From assembly GCF_036321535.1 (NCBI RefSeq), contig NC_087437.1:7564001-7628000 (forward strand): a DNA stretch of 64,000 nucleotides, in the 5' to 3' direction. The notes under the pieces were generated by a model, which did no database searches, was not told where the DNA came from, and saw only the letters and a list, made by a program, of their open reading frames with translations. The position numbers and the translations under genes were made by a program. Source of the DNA: Camelus dromedarius (taxonomy: Eukaryota). Numbering within the stretch: the first letter of the stretch is position 1; each line of letters begins with the position of its first letter. Positions 26,388-40,166 of the stretch are shown here, in pieces.

Positions 26388-26602
26388 CAGGCATCAGCAA
26401 TCTTTCTGTAAAGGGCCAGACAGTAAATATTTTAGATTTCAAGTTCTCCACCACAACTATGCAACTCAGCAATTGTAGCATGAAAGCAGCCATAAATGGT
26501 ATGTAAGTTAATGAGTGTGACTATATTCCAACAAAACTTAGTTTTCAAAAATAGGTGGTGGGTGAATTTAGCACAAGAGCCCTAGTTTGCTAACACTTTT
26601 TG
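26388..26602 (+). mobile_element. hAT-Charlie MITE (MER58A-like)
   Basis: caggcatcagcaatctttctgtaaagggccagacagtaaatattttag...gaaagcagccata...tagtttgctaac, flanked by tctag/tgtag. Confidence 0.85.
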
Positions 26603-28959
26603 TAGAGCATCTGATGATTCTCAAAAGTCTAAGAAAAATCTGTCTATAATTATGCACTGCTTTAACAAAATTGTTCTATAAATTAGGAATAACAAATTTA
26701 GAAAAATGTTATTTGCTTGACAACTGTGATCCTTTATAGAAGTATATTTTTAAATTAGGTCATTATTAGTGCTTTATATTAAAAGCATGGAATTCTAGAT
26801 TTTTAAAATTTGTTTTTAATAAAAAGCTAATTCTTGAAGAAAATTGACCTGCATTCCACAAGTTTTTTTACACAGACTATGGGTAGCATTTCTTTTTGAC
26901 TTTGCCATAATCCATATACGTATTTGAGTAACTAAATAAATTGCTAACCGTATTCCTAGATATGGGATATCCCGTTTCATGCTTATCTTGCAAGTGAAGG
27001 ATTTTCAGATGTCAGCCAAATCAAAGCTGTTAGGATGAAGAAATTTCAATAGTTAAAATGCATTGGTGGGTAACACTCTGATAGACCCGAAAGAAAGCTT
27101 AAATGCTCATCAGTTCCCCCAAAACTATTTGCTAGATGACTGATTTGCAGAATTTATCGAAATTACCATTTCTTCTTGAATATATCTAATGAATATTCAT
27201 TTGCTGAATTGCTTAATTTTTATGACTGCATTTATAAATACATTGTTTTATTTACTATTTTTAATGAATCTAACAAATACTTCATATGGGAATTATTTCA
27301 CTTATGGTAATCACTTTTAAATTCCTTTTCATGTCTCTTTTTATTTTACGTCTTTTAAAGGATCTTTTTAATTCTCAAATAGCATTGATTTAACTTATTT
27401 AATCATTTATAAATTTATAAATTTTATAGCAATTCATATTGTAGGACTATATTAATAGTTTTTAAATATTTCTGTGAATTTTAGTCTATTGGATTTTTGT
27501 CTTCATAGCAATAATTTAAAGAATTATTTGGTTGAAAGGTATTTTTTAAAAGGTCATAGGATGACTTAGTTTTCCTATGAATATATTTAATATTCAGAAA
27601 TGTGTCATTCATATTCAGATACAACCAAAATTTAGAGTAAAATTTGATTTTCAATGACCATAAACATAACTTTACCTATAAATGTTCCAAATCAAGTAAA
27701 TTGATTTAGAATATTAACTATTTTGGTAGTAATTACCAAATTATGGTTGATATGACATTTGGTGAAATAATGGTGAAATAAACTTACTTAAAGCCTAAAA
27801 TATAAAAAAATGAAATTGCACAGAATGTGAAAGAACTAAAAAAAATGGCAAAATGAATTTCATCACATATGAAGTACTGATATTTTAAATTTTAATTGAT
27901 AGAATTAAAAAATTAATGCTGATGTTTTCATAACAGACTAAAAAAGGGGGTATGTAGTTGTTGACTATAATTTTTAAATTTATTGACATATTCTTTACAA
28001 GAGTTGATACATTTGACAAATGTTGGTGATAATTTAGTTGATTTTTGGCAAAACTGACTTGAGCCAGCAGAGATGGCTTAGTTAAGGAAGGGAAAAACAC
28101 CTTTGCTTGCCTTGAGAAGAACACTTAATTTGGGGCATCAGGATCAATATTTCTGGGAAGTCCTGTAGTGAAGTGAACATTTTAAAGCTGGTGTTCACAG
28201 GTTTTCCATTGATTCAAGAAACTAGTAAATGCTTTCTTCTATTTTTCACCTGCAGAAGTTCTAAGAGGAAAAATTGAGTCATTTCCTCCGTATTGTATCA
28301 GTAGCTGTTTGTCTTGGTAACAGATCTACTTCTCTCTGGTTGTCAGAGGAAACCTGGGACCCTTGTCACATGCTATCACAGAATAGCCCTTCTCATGGGT
28401 AGTCTGTGGGTACTATTTGTTTGTCTTGATCCTTCTGTTCTAAATTGTTTTAGGTTCTAGCACTACAGCCTAGTTAGAAGTTCCATGGTTCCTTTATAGT
28501 AGTGATGAATTCTCTCTTGTTCATTTTCATCCTCTATCTCTGTCTCTCACTGCCCAACAGCAGAGATGGAATGGATGCTTCATTAAGTCTAGTCCCACCC
28601 CTGGCTAGCCAAGGCTGCTTGTCTTCGGTAGATCAAGGATTTTTTTTTTAATTCCTGCAGAAGTGTTTTAAAAAGTGTAAACAAGGCAGGTGAGATTAAT
28701 TTGACTTTTGAGAAAGTAAAAGAAATAAAACATGTAAAACTGGCTTCTCTGAAAGGATTTTTCCCCCTGTGGAATAGCCCTATAGGGAATAAGTTGTATC
28801 CAATTTAGTTATAGCCAAAGAAATATTAGCTGCATAGACAAGATGCCTAATGCTTTCACGTGGAAGAAAATAGGACACTAATGGGGATAAGCTCATTTCT
28901 TAAAGTAACCAGTGGGGATGACAATGTGGCAATAGTTTGCCTTTCACAATATGTGAAAC

Positions 28960-29576
28960 AAGGACTCCAGAATGGCCCTTGCTGGCCCCAGTGCCCACGT
29001 GGGAGAAAGAGCTCCCCAGATTGGCTGCCACCAGTATCTGTGTCCCCAGGTTGAGCTCCAGTTGCCTCCTGCCTCTCTGGGAGGCTCTCTAAGATGAGCA
29101 GGTGGGTCTGACCCAGGCTTCTTTTAATTTACTGCCTCTGTCCAGGGTCCTGGAGCGTGTATGTGTGTGTGTGTGCTCTTTAAAAGTGGTCTCTGTATCC
29201 CTCAGCCCTCTGGATCTCCTGAAAGTGCACCGGCCTTAAAGCCAAATGCTCTGGGGTCTCGTCTTCCCAGTGCAGGACCCCCCGGCTAGGGAGCCCGACG
29301 TGGGGCTCAGATCTCTCACCCCTTGGGGAGAACCTCTGTAATTGTAATTATACTCTCATTTCTGGGTTGCCCACCTGAGGGTATGGGTCCTGCCTATACT
29401 ATGACTCTGCCATCACACCTGTCTTGTTGTGGTTCCTTCTTTATGTCTTTAGTTGTAAAAGATCTTTTACAGCTAGACTCTGGTTTTTCTTTCTGTAGCT
29501 GCTCTGTAAATAATTGTGATTTTGGTTCCCATGTGAGGAGGTGAGGTCAGGGTCTTCCTACTCTCACAGCTTGGCC
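28960..29576 (-). mobile_element. Isolated L1 5'UTR fragment
   Basis: Its reverse complement is homologous to the L1 5'UTR at 57200-57810 in this window (e.g. gtggttccttctttatgtctttagttg vs caactggaaacataaagagggaaccac; gagcccgacgtggggctcag vs ctaagccccatgtcaggctc). Confidence 0.85.
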
Positions 29577-29589
29577 TTGACATAGTCTC

Positions 29590-30130
29590 CTTATCTTTAT
29601 ATGTTGGTTTGATTTTATGGAGTTTTCCTACGGCATTGATACATTTTTTCCTTTGGTTATTTCTTCTTCTCTGTTACCTCTTTCTAAAACTCCTACTGGA
29701 TCAATGCTAGACTATCTACAGCTAATCTCTATGTCTTGTAACTTATCTCTCACGCTGTCCAGTTCTTGTCAATTGCATTCAGCAGGGAGGTCCCCATGCT
29801 CAGTCTGGGTCCCCAGTTTTGATCAGGGTCCACTCTGCTACTTAGCCTTCTATTATTTTGTTTTAATTTTAATTTTGGTATTTATGCTTTTTTATAGTAA
29901 GTCATGTGTGCTGTATAATTAAAATTCTTTTTTTTTTTTTTGCTTTTTTCTCACTATTCTCTTGGATATTAGTTCTGAGGGCATTAGCTCTACTCGTTTT
30001 TAATCTTTGTCCTGTTTTGTGGTTAAACTGTTTATTCAGATTTGTCTTTGGGATCGTAGGCTGTTGCCTCTTTTTCAAGTTACTGGATTTTCTCTACAGG
30101 TCTCAGATTGTACAGCCTTGGTAGCATCAG
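29590..30130 (-). mobile_element. Very old L1/HAL1 ORF1-region remnant
   Basis: T-rich text like antisense L1ME ORF1 (tctaaaactcctactggatcaatgctagactatct...tctctatgtctt). Confidence 0.45.
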
Positions 30131-33100
30131 TATATGCCCACTGACTGAATGATCTTCCTGTTTGTTTGTTTGGCAGTAAAGACACATTTTAAAGACAAGA
30201 GTTTGGCTTCTGGTTATTGTTCAGAAGACAAAATGGGCAAGCTGTTGACCTGAAACCAGCTCAAGCTTTCCTTGAGTGCCCCAGGGTATGTTTACCTTAG
30301 GAATTTGTCTGGCATTTCTAGTACCTGTGCCCATTGTTGGAGTCCTCCATGTCAGAATTCCTACTTTTATAGAAGGTACTCATTCTTGTTTTTGTTTTTT
30401 ACAGATAGCAAAAAAAAAAAAAATGTTATCCACCTTACGACTCAGTTACTCTCATTGGTGTCCTACACGCTGTAATTTTTCTCTTGACTGCCTGAGGTCC
30501 AATTCCTCTACATGAAATGTCCTTATCTTAGGGTTTTTTAAAGTCTTCTCTGGTTAAGATAATGATAATGTGGTTGAATTTTGACATTGATGTATCCCCA
30601 TCTGCTTTAGATCTTCCAGGAAATCCATAATTGTTCCAAATGTTCAATGCTCTTTTACATTTACATTTGTGTATTCATTTGTCCTTTTCAGAGGGGTTTG
30701 GGGAGTGAAGAGAAGTGTTCATTCAGCTCTCTTCCATCTTGATTTAAAGACAACCACATCTCTTTTATTATTGACATGAAGTGTTTCTATGTCAACGGAT
30801 GATGCATTCATTTTGAGTAATTGATCATATTTTTCCAAGTTATTTCTTTTCAATTTTCTATGGGGTTGACTTGGGTTCGTGGTTGAATCTGTTACCACTA
30901 TATTTATTTTCACTCAGTCTGGTTCCAATAAAAGAGAGGACTACTTATCTTGCTTTCAGTTTGAAATATTTGCAGCAGGTATGTTTAGAAATGGTCTGCA
31001 AACTTGCTGGAATTTTAAACCAACCAAGTATGATTACAAACATTTTTCTTCGCTTTTCTTTTTTTTTACTGTTTTAAGTGCAGGATAGCAACTGATTGTT
31101 CTAAAAGATTTAAGATTTCCACATCACCTTTTAGAAAGATTCATTTGCAGAGGCACTGAAACACTCTCATTTTAAAACATCAGTAACGAGAGAAGGAGTC
31201 AATTTGAGAGCTGAGGCTGAGCCCATGCAAGGATTATTTTCATTCCCTATTTGACTGAAAGTTTTTGAGTCTCAAACATATGCCATTTTTAAAAATAGTA
31301 AAGAGAACATCTCCCAATTCCAATATTTAATAAGTCCCCTCTTTGTGAAACCTATAATCAAGTGCTCAACACAAAGGATATATGTGAGAATTGAATATTG
31401 ATGTAATTTAGTGGAGTTTCTGCTCAGAGAAAAATGATAGCAATTTTCTGTATCTCCGTGGACACTAATCTTCCTGGTTTTTGTGTCCTGTCATTCTTTC
31501 CCTTAACTTCTTGTTTTTCTTCATCCCCTTCCTTCACAGTTAGTCCAGTAAACATTTATTTAATATCTCATAGGTATCGGGTACTTTGCATCCCAAGAGA
31601 TACAAAGATGAATGAATAAGCCATGATTTTGGCCTCACGTCTTGACCTTTGTGTGTGTGCAAATTGAAGTGAGATGGTAGATATGAAAATATTCTGTAAA
31701 CTGTAAAGTGCTATGTAAATATAAGGTGCTGTAGAAGGTACAGGGGGCTACAGATGTTATTCCATTTAAATTCGGGGTAGAGATTTTAAAAGTTGTAAAA
31801 CTAGCCCTGAAAGTTTTCAGGTCATTGTCTTGAGTACTAAGTATTGGAGATGATTTCGCTGTTGCAAAAGTTTTCTCAAAGAAAGAGCTGTCTCACTGAA
31901 GAAATTTTACTTTACCTTCAGAGCTTCAAACATTTAGGGGAGCTTTTTAAGTATTAACACTTCTCTCTTGTGGTTTTTTGTTTGTGTGTGTGCAAAGATG
32001 ATCAAATGAGACAGTAGGTGTGAAAGTGTTCTATAAACTGTAAAGTGCTGTATAAATATAAGGTACTGTTACTGTGAAGGGGGGAGATGTGAAGAGACAG
32101 TGGAGCAATCTGGATAAGGTGCAGACCCAGGCTTACACGGCCACATCGGGACCGGAAACGACAGTAGAGGAAGTTTAAGCAAAATTATGACTCCCTATAT
32201 GGTATATTTGGAGGCATTCAACAATGGACTCTATTTCCAAAAATATCTTCTGTCTACAACCTGCCATGGTATTCGAAATTCTGCCAGGGAAATTGTTTTT
32301 GTTTGATGCTAATAGCAGTTAATAGTGTGTGTTCAAAAGTAGTATGTTTGAAAGCATTTTGCTGTATTTTTATTAGCTCGTGATAACATTCTGAGCTCAG
32401 TCTTGGTGACGGAATTTTTAGCTTCATCATCTTTGTCCCTTTTTTTATTGCTGAGGGAGTAAAGGTTGACAGTTGAATGGAGTATCTATCCCCTGACCCC
32501 TGTGTGACAGGCTTCACCCAGACCATCTCCCTTCTGGCTTCTGTCCACTCCATCTTGGGGTAAACCCCCGATGAAAGCAGTATCTATTGAGCACCTATTC
32601 TAGACTTAGGGGATTTCAAAGTCTGACAGTACAGTGTCTTCACAGGGCCCCCAAACTGGTTGAAAAGACAGATCTTTTGGGGGCAGAAACAATTAGAGAA
32701 GGTCACAGGCAGTGTCTGCTTTTAAGTTTTAAGTCTTACCAATTGCCTGATAAGAGTTTTAACCAATTTAGATCATGGAGAAGACAGCATGGGTTGGTTT
32801 CGGTCAGGAAATGCTTTGCCAAGAGTTGGGATTATCCAATTGTTTTTAAAAAGTTACACAAAAAGGAGTTTTCAGGGTAGTAGTAAATTTAATTAGTAAG
32901 ACATGATATGTTTTAGGGGAAAATACCCGTCACTCCTATAGTCAGATGTCTCCCTGAGCCTCCCCAGCCGTGAGCTCCGGAGCACTGAAATGTTCTTTTG
33001 CCAGCGTGAGGTTCCTGGAGAGCCGCCACCCCCACCCCCATGCCTTTTCCCTGCTGTCATCACCTACTGGTACCCACCCACGGCTGCTGCCAGACCTCCT

Positions 33101-33369
33101 GCAGGTCCAAGGCTCCAGTCTGCTCCATCCTCCTCTGGTTGGGAAAGGCTCCCCTTCCCCGCCATATTCTGCCTTTTAAGAAGGGATCCAGCCACAGAAC
33201 ATCTTGGCTCTGGCACGACAGGCTTTCCCCCCTTGCTTCTTCCAGGGCTCTTCTTCAAGGTACAATCATGCTGACAAAGTAGGTGCATTGGAGGTGGGTT
33301 GAAACCCCATCTCTTCTCCATACCCAGCAGAGAACCTCTCTTTGGTCTCAACACCCAGGCATCCCTGGG

Positions 33370-33685
33370 CATTTGTTCTGTGCTTTGACAGTGGAGCGTC
33401 CAGTCCCCTCTTGGTATTTGGGCACAGTTTATCAGATTGGGGTATGCATTGTTGCCTCTCCCTACAAAAGTGACAGGGACAGATATTCCATCTACCTGGT
33501 AATTCCCCAGGAGCCAGGGCATAGCATGTAACCCAAGCCCAGCCAATCAGATGCTGCAGCCTGAGGCTTTGATTCTGGAGCAAGTGACCCAGGAAAGAAG
33601 GGTCAGTTAGGAGCCATGATGATTATAGCAAGCAAGGTTCAGCATTGATGCCGGTGGCTTCTGGCAGTAGTCATATCTTTGCAGA
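33370..33685. mobile_element. ERVL LTR remnant (LTR33-like)
   Basis: gccagggcatagcatgtaacccaagcccagccaatcagatgc...actttgattctggagcaagtgac matches my recall of LTR33. Confidence 0.55.
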
Positions 33686-36600
33686 AACATCCGTCTTGTC
33701 ATCAGATCAGATCTGCCTGCTTCTTGGTTCTCCAGCTCAGACCTTCCCTGTATCCTGCTCTTTTTTAATCAGTTTGCACATTCCTCTATCCTTGCAGATT
33801 CTGCCACACCTGGTATCTTGTATCAAATATTAGAAAGGCAGAAGGTTAGAGAATGTTCATTTGCTTTTTTTTTTAAATTAAGATAGTTTATTTGTAACAA
33901 AGTTAGGTTTTTTGTTTTTGTTTTTGTTGTTTTTGTTTTGTAGCAAAGCACTCAGACTGAAAGCAAAAGATTCTGTTGCAAGCCCTGACTGTTGGGCCTT
34001 TCTGAGATTTCTTTTCTTGTGCCAGATTCTCCCTAGGAGACCCCAAGACTGCCCCTTGTTTAAAGAGATGGGATGAGAGGGGTTCCAAGCAAGGCCACTA
34101 CTTGGAAAAGCCCAACGTCACCAGAACTTCAAATCAGCAGTTGGTGGCACTGATCAGGTGACAAGGTGATGGAGACTGGCTGGCTGACCATCTGCCTGTT
34201 AGCGGCCTCATGTTTATGGCAGAAAATCGGAAATGCTGTGGGAAGGGATAGCTTGACATTATGAAGGCTGTTTTTACTGTCTTCTCAAATATTTAATTTC
34301 TACCATTCATTGTGCTGTGTCATCCTACTAGTACCTAAATTCTGATAGTTATTCATCACTAATCAGGTTGAAATAAATCATGTTATGTGTTGAACTGAGC
34401 TAAGTTCTAACCGCTGTTTTTTCATCTGACAGGGCGATTTTAGTACAGTTAAGTTCCACAACTGTCAGCGCACAAACAAACCTTCATTACAGATGCAATT
34501 TGCTAATATTACATAAATCATGATAAACAAAGGACATCACGTCCTAAGAGGCAACTTTTTCAATCATCTAATAAAAGAACACTCCCTCAAATGTGTAAAT
34601 ATGTATTCTCACCTTGCAATATTAAAAGTTCTTGTAGCTGCTGGATAAAAATTGTTATTCATATAATTCAGGTAGCAGAAATGTGCTTACATCATTCGTT
34701 TCTGGGAACAATGCATGTACATATAATATGTATTTATATACTTACATAAAATAAAAAATTATGTACACAAAGATTTATATTTTTAAATCCCTTAGCAATG
34801 GATACCTAACGTTTCTAATTGTAAAGAACTGTGTCAGCCTCATAAATAAGGCTGTATTCAGTAAAATATGCAAGTCGCCGAGAGTCTTGTTGACAAGAAA
34901 TGGATGTAGTAATAAGGCAGAATAGTGTGTGATATAAAATTACTGTTGCAACTTAAAAAGTGAGTTGTCCTGTCTCTTCTGATGAACTGGGTTTTAGTCA
35001 GCTAATTTCATGATCTAGAGCCACAGGTAATAATGAAGAAGTTCAGAGGGGGATCTCCTTTAAAACTGTCTTGCTATAAGCTCTCATGTGCTGTGAATGC
35101 CTAAGTGCACACTTTTATTGTGAAACTGAAGAATATAATATCCTGTTCTGAACTACTAGGGCTTTAATTTTTTTTTAAAAAAAAAAGCTTATTAATTTAT
35201 TCCCTACATCATTCTAGAAACTAATATGAGCCTGCTTTCAGAGGTACAAATAACTGATTAAAAAACCAAATAACTGTTTAAAACTAATATTATTTTCCAC
35301 ATAAAAATAAAACAAAACAAAAAAAGGATGGAGAAATGAGTGAGGAAAAAAAATGAAAGTAGAAAATAAGAAAAAGCCCCAAGGATCAGCTTGACATAAA
35401 ACGTGATCTTGAGACATTGCTAAATGTGGTTCAAAAATATATCCAGATCAAATAGTAAGCACACCTAACTTACAGATTTTTATTTTTAGATATTTATTTT
35501 TAAAGATGATATAAGAAAAATGAATAATCTATTAAATAAAGTTTACTAAAATTTTATATTCTAAAAAAACTTGCATGTCTTTAAAATTTACTGAAAATCT
35601 AAACAATATGGCATCCCAGGAAAGTTGCAAAGCTTTTATTACACAGACAGTTGGGAATTCCCACTTTTTTCCATTTCTGGAAGAATGCTTTATTGTCAGT
35701 GTATAATCAGTGTGATAGTGAATTGCTGTTTTCCAGTTTACTTATGCTTTTTAAACTTTTAAAGTGGTATCTATTCAGTCTTCATCTTTATCAACTAATT
35801 TTTGTTACAGGCTTGGTTTTACCCTGCATTATGTACTAATGTCAAATTATGGTAACAGTGGTCTGATCCATAAATTAAAAACAAAAACCCCCAAAATAAA
35901 ACACTTTGAGATATGAAGTTCCCCAAACCATTACTTGTACAGTGAAATTTCATTGGTGAAACTCTATCCTTAAAGCTGTGCTATTTAGTTAACTTTGTAC
36001 CCTTAGGTTAAGCATAATGAATGACTGGGATATTTTCAAGTATGTAAGTGAAAATATAATATCATTCACAGGTATTCTCTTAAAATTTATATTAGATACT
36101 CATAGGCTGCTAACAATATTTTTATCACAATATGTTTATTTTATTTCTCTATAATTGTTTGTTTCTATCTAATTCATTTTCAACACTTAAAATTCAATGA
36201 ATATTTTTTAAGGGCTGATTATGCCCTATCGTGTTATTTCATCTCATAACATCCTCTCCCCTGAGGATAGTAGCATGTTTGTTTTACAGATAAGAAAACT
36301 TGGTTTAGCAATATTAAAGGATTGTAGTAAGTACCAGAGGGGAGGTAACTGAATATAAACTTTTTAACATTTTTTAATATAACACCCCACCAGCTGCTAC
36401 ACAGCCCAGTTCCTCTTAGTTTGTCCTTAGTGGATGCCCTATTCAAATCTGAATTTTTATGTCAATACCCCTGGGCTACACACCTTAATTCTGCAATCTC
36501 TTGGGGCCTTGAAGACATATCCACACTAATATTATACTGAGTCCTCAGCCCAAGGCAAAATGAGGACAGGATATCTGAACTCTCCCATATTAGAATATTG

Positions 36601-36686
36601 GTTTTCTTTTCACTAAGCTCCATTCTATTTTCTCTTTAAATGCTTCACTTATATTGTTATTCAGGGGATAACAAGTTGATTGCTTT

Positions 36687-36814
36687 GGCAGGAGGGTATA
36701 GCTCAGTGGTAAAGCACATGCTTAGCATGTGCAATGTCCTGGGTTTAATCCCCAGTAGCTCCATTAAAATAAATAAACCTAATTATCTTCTCCCCTCAAA
36801 AGTTAAGAAATAAA
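36687..36814 (+). mobile_element. tRNA-derived SINE (Vic-1-like)
   Basis: ggagggtatagctcagtggt...gtcctgggtttaatccccagta...aaataaacctaatta. TSD AACAAGTTGATTG(C/A)TTT at 36670-36686 and 36815-36831. Confidence 0.93.
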
Positions 36815-36877
36815 AACAAGTTGATTGATTTTACCTTTTAGATCAAACCCATTGGATGTTAATTTGTTTAATGTTAA

Positions 36878-36945
36878 TTCCTTCCTTCTCCCTTCCTTCC
36901 TTCCTTCCTTCCTTCCTTCCTTCCTTCCTTCCTTCCTTTCCTTCC
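36878..36945. repeat. (TTCC)n microsatellite
   Basis: Read directly; polypyrimidine mirror repeat. Confidence 0.95.
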
Positions 36946-37207
36946 TTTAAGCCTGAAAACAATTCATTAAAATGCCTTTCTATTCTAAAAACAAAATAAC
37001 ACTAACAAAAAAAATGAGAGGTCAATTCCTTGGGTTTGAGGAATTCATCACTAATCTTAAAGATAAAAACTGACAATATCAACCTCGTGAACATATTTCC
37101 TGCACCAATTAGTGAATTGGGAGATGTGGGTAAAAAAATATAGATGTAGATATATAGATATATCTCCTTCTTGAGTTAGGGCTGAAAGTCAAATAAGTGT
37201 CATGAGG

Positions 37208-37320
37208 AGGGTGACCATATGTCCTGGTTTTGCCTGGGCCAGTCCTGGCTTATGCCTGTGTCCTGTCATTCATTCTGGTTTAGCATCTGTCCACATTTTT
37301 TAAGGACATGTTTTTATTAC
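37208..37320 (+). mobile_element. hAT-Blackjack terminal fragment (MER94-like)
   Basis: AGGGTGACCATATGTCCTGGTTTTGCCTGGGCCAGTCCTGG is the characteristic terminus of this family. Confidence 0.75.
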
Positions 37321-40166
37321 TTATTTTATTAAAATGAGTTGGTTGGGCTTGACAGATTTTTGCTTTGCTTGCAGCTTCTTCTGTAATCTGGTCTCGTTGA
37401 ATACATATATATTTCCTTTAAGCTTTTAGATTTTAACTGCATTAAGAAATATGGAATTCTTGTAGAAATATTTATTTGGGGAGGGAGTGATATTTATATA
37501 TTGCTTAATGCTTTGAACTCTTAAATGAAAGTTCTACACATGAGCACAAGCGTATGAAACAAATACCTGCCCTATATTTGAATACTTGGGCAGAGAAGAA
37601 AGTGAAAGCTTAAAGTGGACAGAGGCTTTGTGAGACCCACGGACCATGCAGAGATTTCTCATGTTAACTTGCAGGTAGATGTGAAGGACCATGACCAGCC
37701 CATCTCTCTCTTCCCAACCCTTTCCAGCTCCAGCTTCCCTTCAGAGACTGCTTGCACTGTGCTTGCTGATAAAACAAAGAGCTCTCAGACTGCAGAGACT
37801 AGGAACAGCTAACTCCTGTGTGAGAGTCACAAAGCTGCCAGAACACCAGTGATGGGGCTTAGAAGGAAATGGGGAAAATTTGGCTCAGGGTTTGGAAAAT
37901 GTGTACACAAAATAGAGGATGAGCAATCCAGTCTGTAGTATTTTTGTCTTTTATTGGATGGTTTAAATGTGCAACTATATGCATGGTTTGGAAAAGTTTT
38001 TTTTGTTTTGGGATAAACCTCTTTGGCAGCAATAACACAGGAAAAATGCAATGAATGTTTAATGAGATGTTAAGTACCAGATTTACAGTTCTTTTAAAAA
38101 GTTGATGATATACTTGTGACTTGCACAAAAAGTTTGTTGATATTTCTAATCCATTATGGAGACCGTAGATGTGTCACATGACCCAGAAAATGCAAATTTG
38201 CTGAAGAAGCAACAGAGTCCACTTCAAATTCTGTTTGCATGTTGTTCGGAATTAGTTAGAAATTTAGAATCAAAGTAGTCAAAGGATGGAGTGGCAAAAA
38301 TATTCATATTTAGAGCTTGTAGCGCACTGTAATTACTGCAAACAATGCTTGCAAACAGGAACATATTGAAAGGGATCCTTACAAAAGGAGAAGCTAAACA
38401 AATTAAATAACAAGAGCTCAACTGGTATAAAAGATTTAATTTTGGAATTTTGGAATTGCACTTTGGAATGTCTTGAGTTATGGAAAAATGTTTTCTTGGC
38501 ACTGCTCGCTTTGAATATATTTAGATATTTTGAAGCATTTCAATTTTCCTAAACATTCAAAGAATCATAATAGAGTTGACTTTTTGATGTATTGTATCAC
38601 ATAGAAATGATTGGCAAAGACATTTATAACATATAAAAACACAAAACCCCCAATATCTATAAGAACATTTACATGTTTTATATTAACACTTATACTGAAA
38701 CATGTAAATGTACTTATAGATATTGAAATTATACTTCATATAGCAGGATTTGCTTTTAGCTTACCAGCTACCTTAGCACTTAGGGAATAATTTTTCACTT
38801 AAAAATTGTATGGTTTATCAAAAAAAGAGCCAATTGAAATGCCCATAATTTCTTATTTATTATCCATAAAATGCATCTTTGAAGAAGTTTGCAGATAATT
38901 TTACCAAAAAAAAAAAAAAAAGAAAGAAAGAAAGAAAGAAAAGAAATAACAGGACCATATTGAAAAAATGCATTTTCCAAATACTAGTGACATTTTAGTA
39001 GAGATGGGTATGGGTAAGAACCTGTTTAAAGTACCTGAATACATGCATGAATATTTTTCTTCTTACGTTGTTTCTAAACAGTTTATAGAGCTTTGCAGTC
39101 TTTTTTTTTTTTTTTTTAATTCTTAACTACTTCAGTGTATACTTTCTACAATCAAAAACAGTCTCTGATAAAATCAGTACAACTATCAGAGTCTGGAAGT
39201 GAAGAAGTATTTTAAGGATGTTTTACTAAAAAAGATAGGTGCTATTTTTATTTTTTAAAGAATTTTATTTTGAAAATGGCTATTGAATAGAACATTTTAC
39301 TGACTTACCAAGATATTAAAACCAAATTGTCAGTTGTTAAATATTTTTTTAAATGATACAATTTCATTATTTTTATTGCTTCCATTCACTCTTAAATATA
39401 CCCTGATTTGCATGCTAAATTATATGGTCTCCCTGCTCATGTTGAAAGGATATGTGACAATTAACCTGATAAAAGAAGGGAGGGAAGGACATTCCAGGAA
39501 CTTGATTCTGCTGTGAACTGAGGTGGCTCCTCTGTCTCTCCTCTTTGCCATCATCATTTGTCTTGGAAAGGGAATTCCATCAGCTACACATGGCTTTAGA
39601 GCCCATCCCTCTCCACAATGGGACAGTTTTAGATGTGGCTGCATGGATACCCTGAAAGCTGTCTACTATCAGTTGACTTGAAATTGCAAATGGTAGCTTT
39701 AAACTATGGCACCTGATGCCACAAATAAAGAAAGGCAGAGTTCTAAAAGGGGATTAAAAGAACCCCCATTATTATCATGCAAATTATTGTCAGGTTTTCT
39801 TTCTTTTTAAAATTCATATATTGGCCAAAATAAATTTTAAAATTATTTAATCAAAACATTTTAAATTGGTTGAGAGAACAAATAGGTACTGGGGAGGAGA
39901 ATCATACCAAATTGTAAGTGAGGAATTAAAAGAGATTATGCATGAAACCAAGATGCTATAATGAACTTCAAAAATAATGAACAGTTCATTCAAATGCTCC
40001 TGAGTCTCTGCATGTAGTCATCCTGAGTCTTATCAAAATGGAGGGCAAGTGCACATACAAGCAGACCAAGTAATGAGGTACCAAAAGTGTTTACTAGCCT
40101 TATTAATCAGTAGGTGGTCATAAAGAGACCAAAAGACAGATTAAGCGAATACAGTGTTAAAACTGT

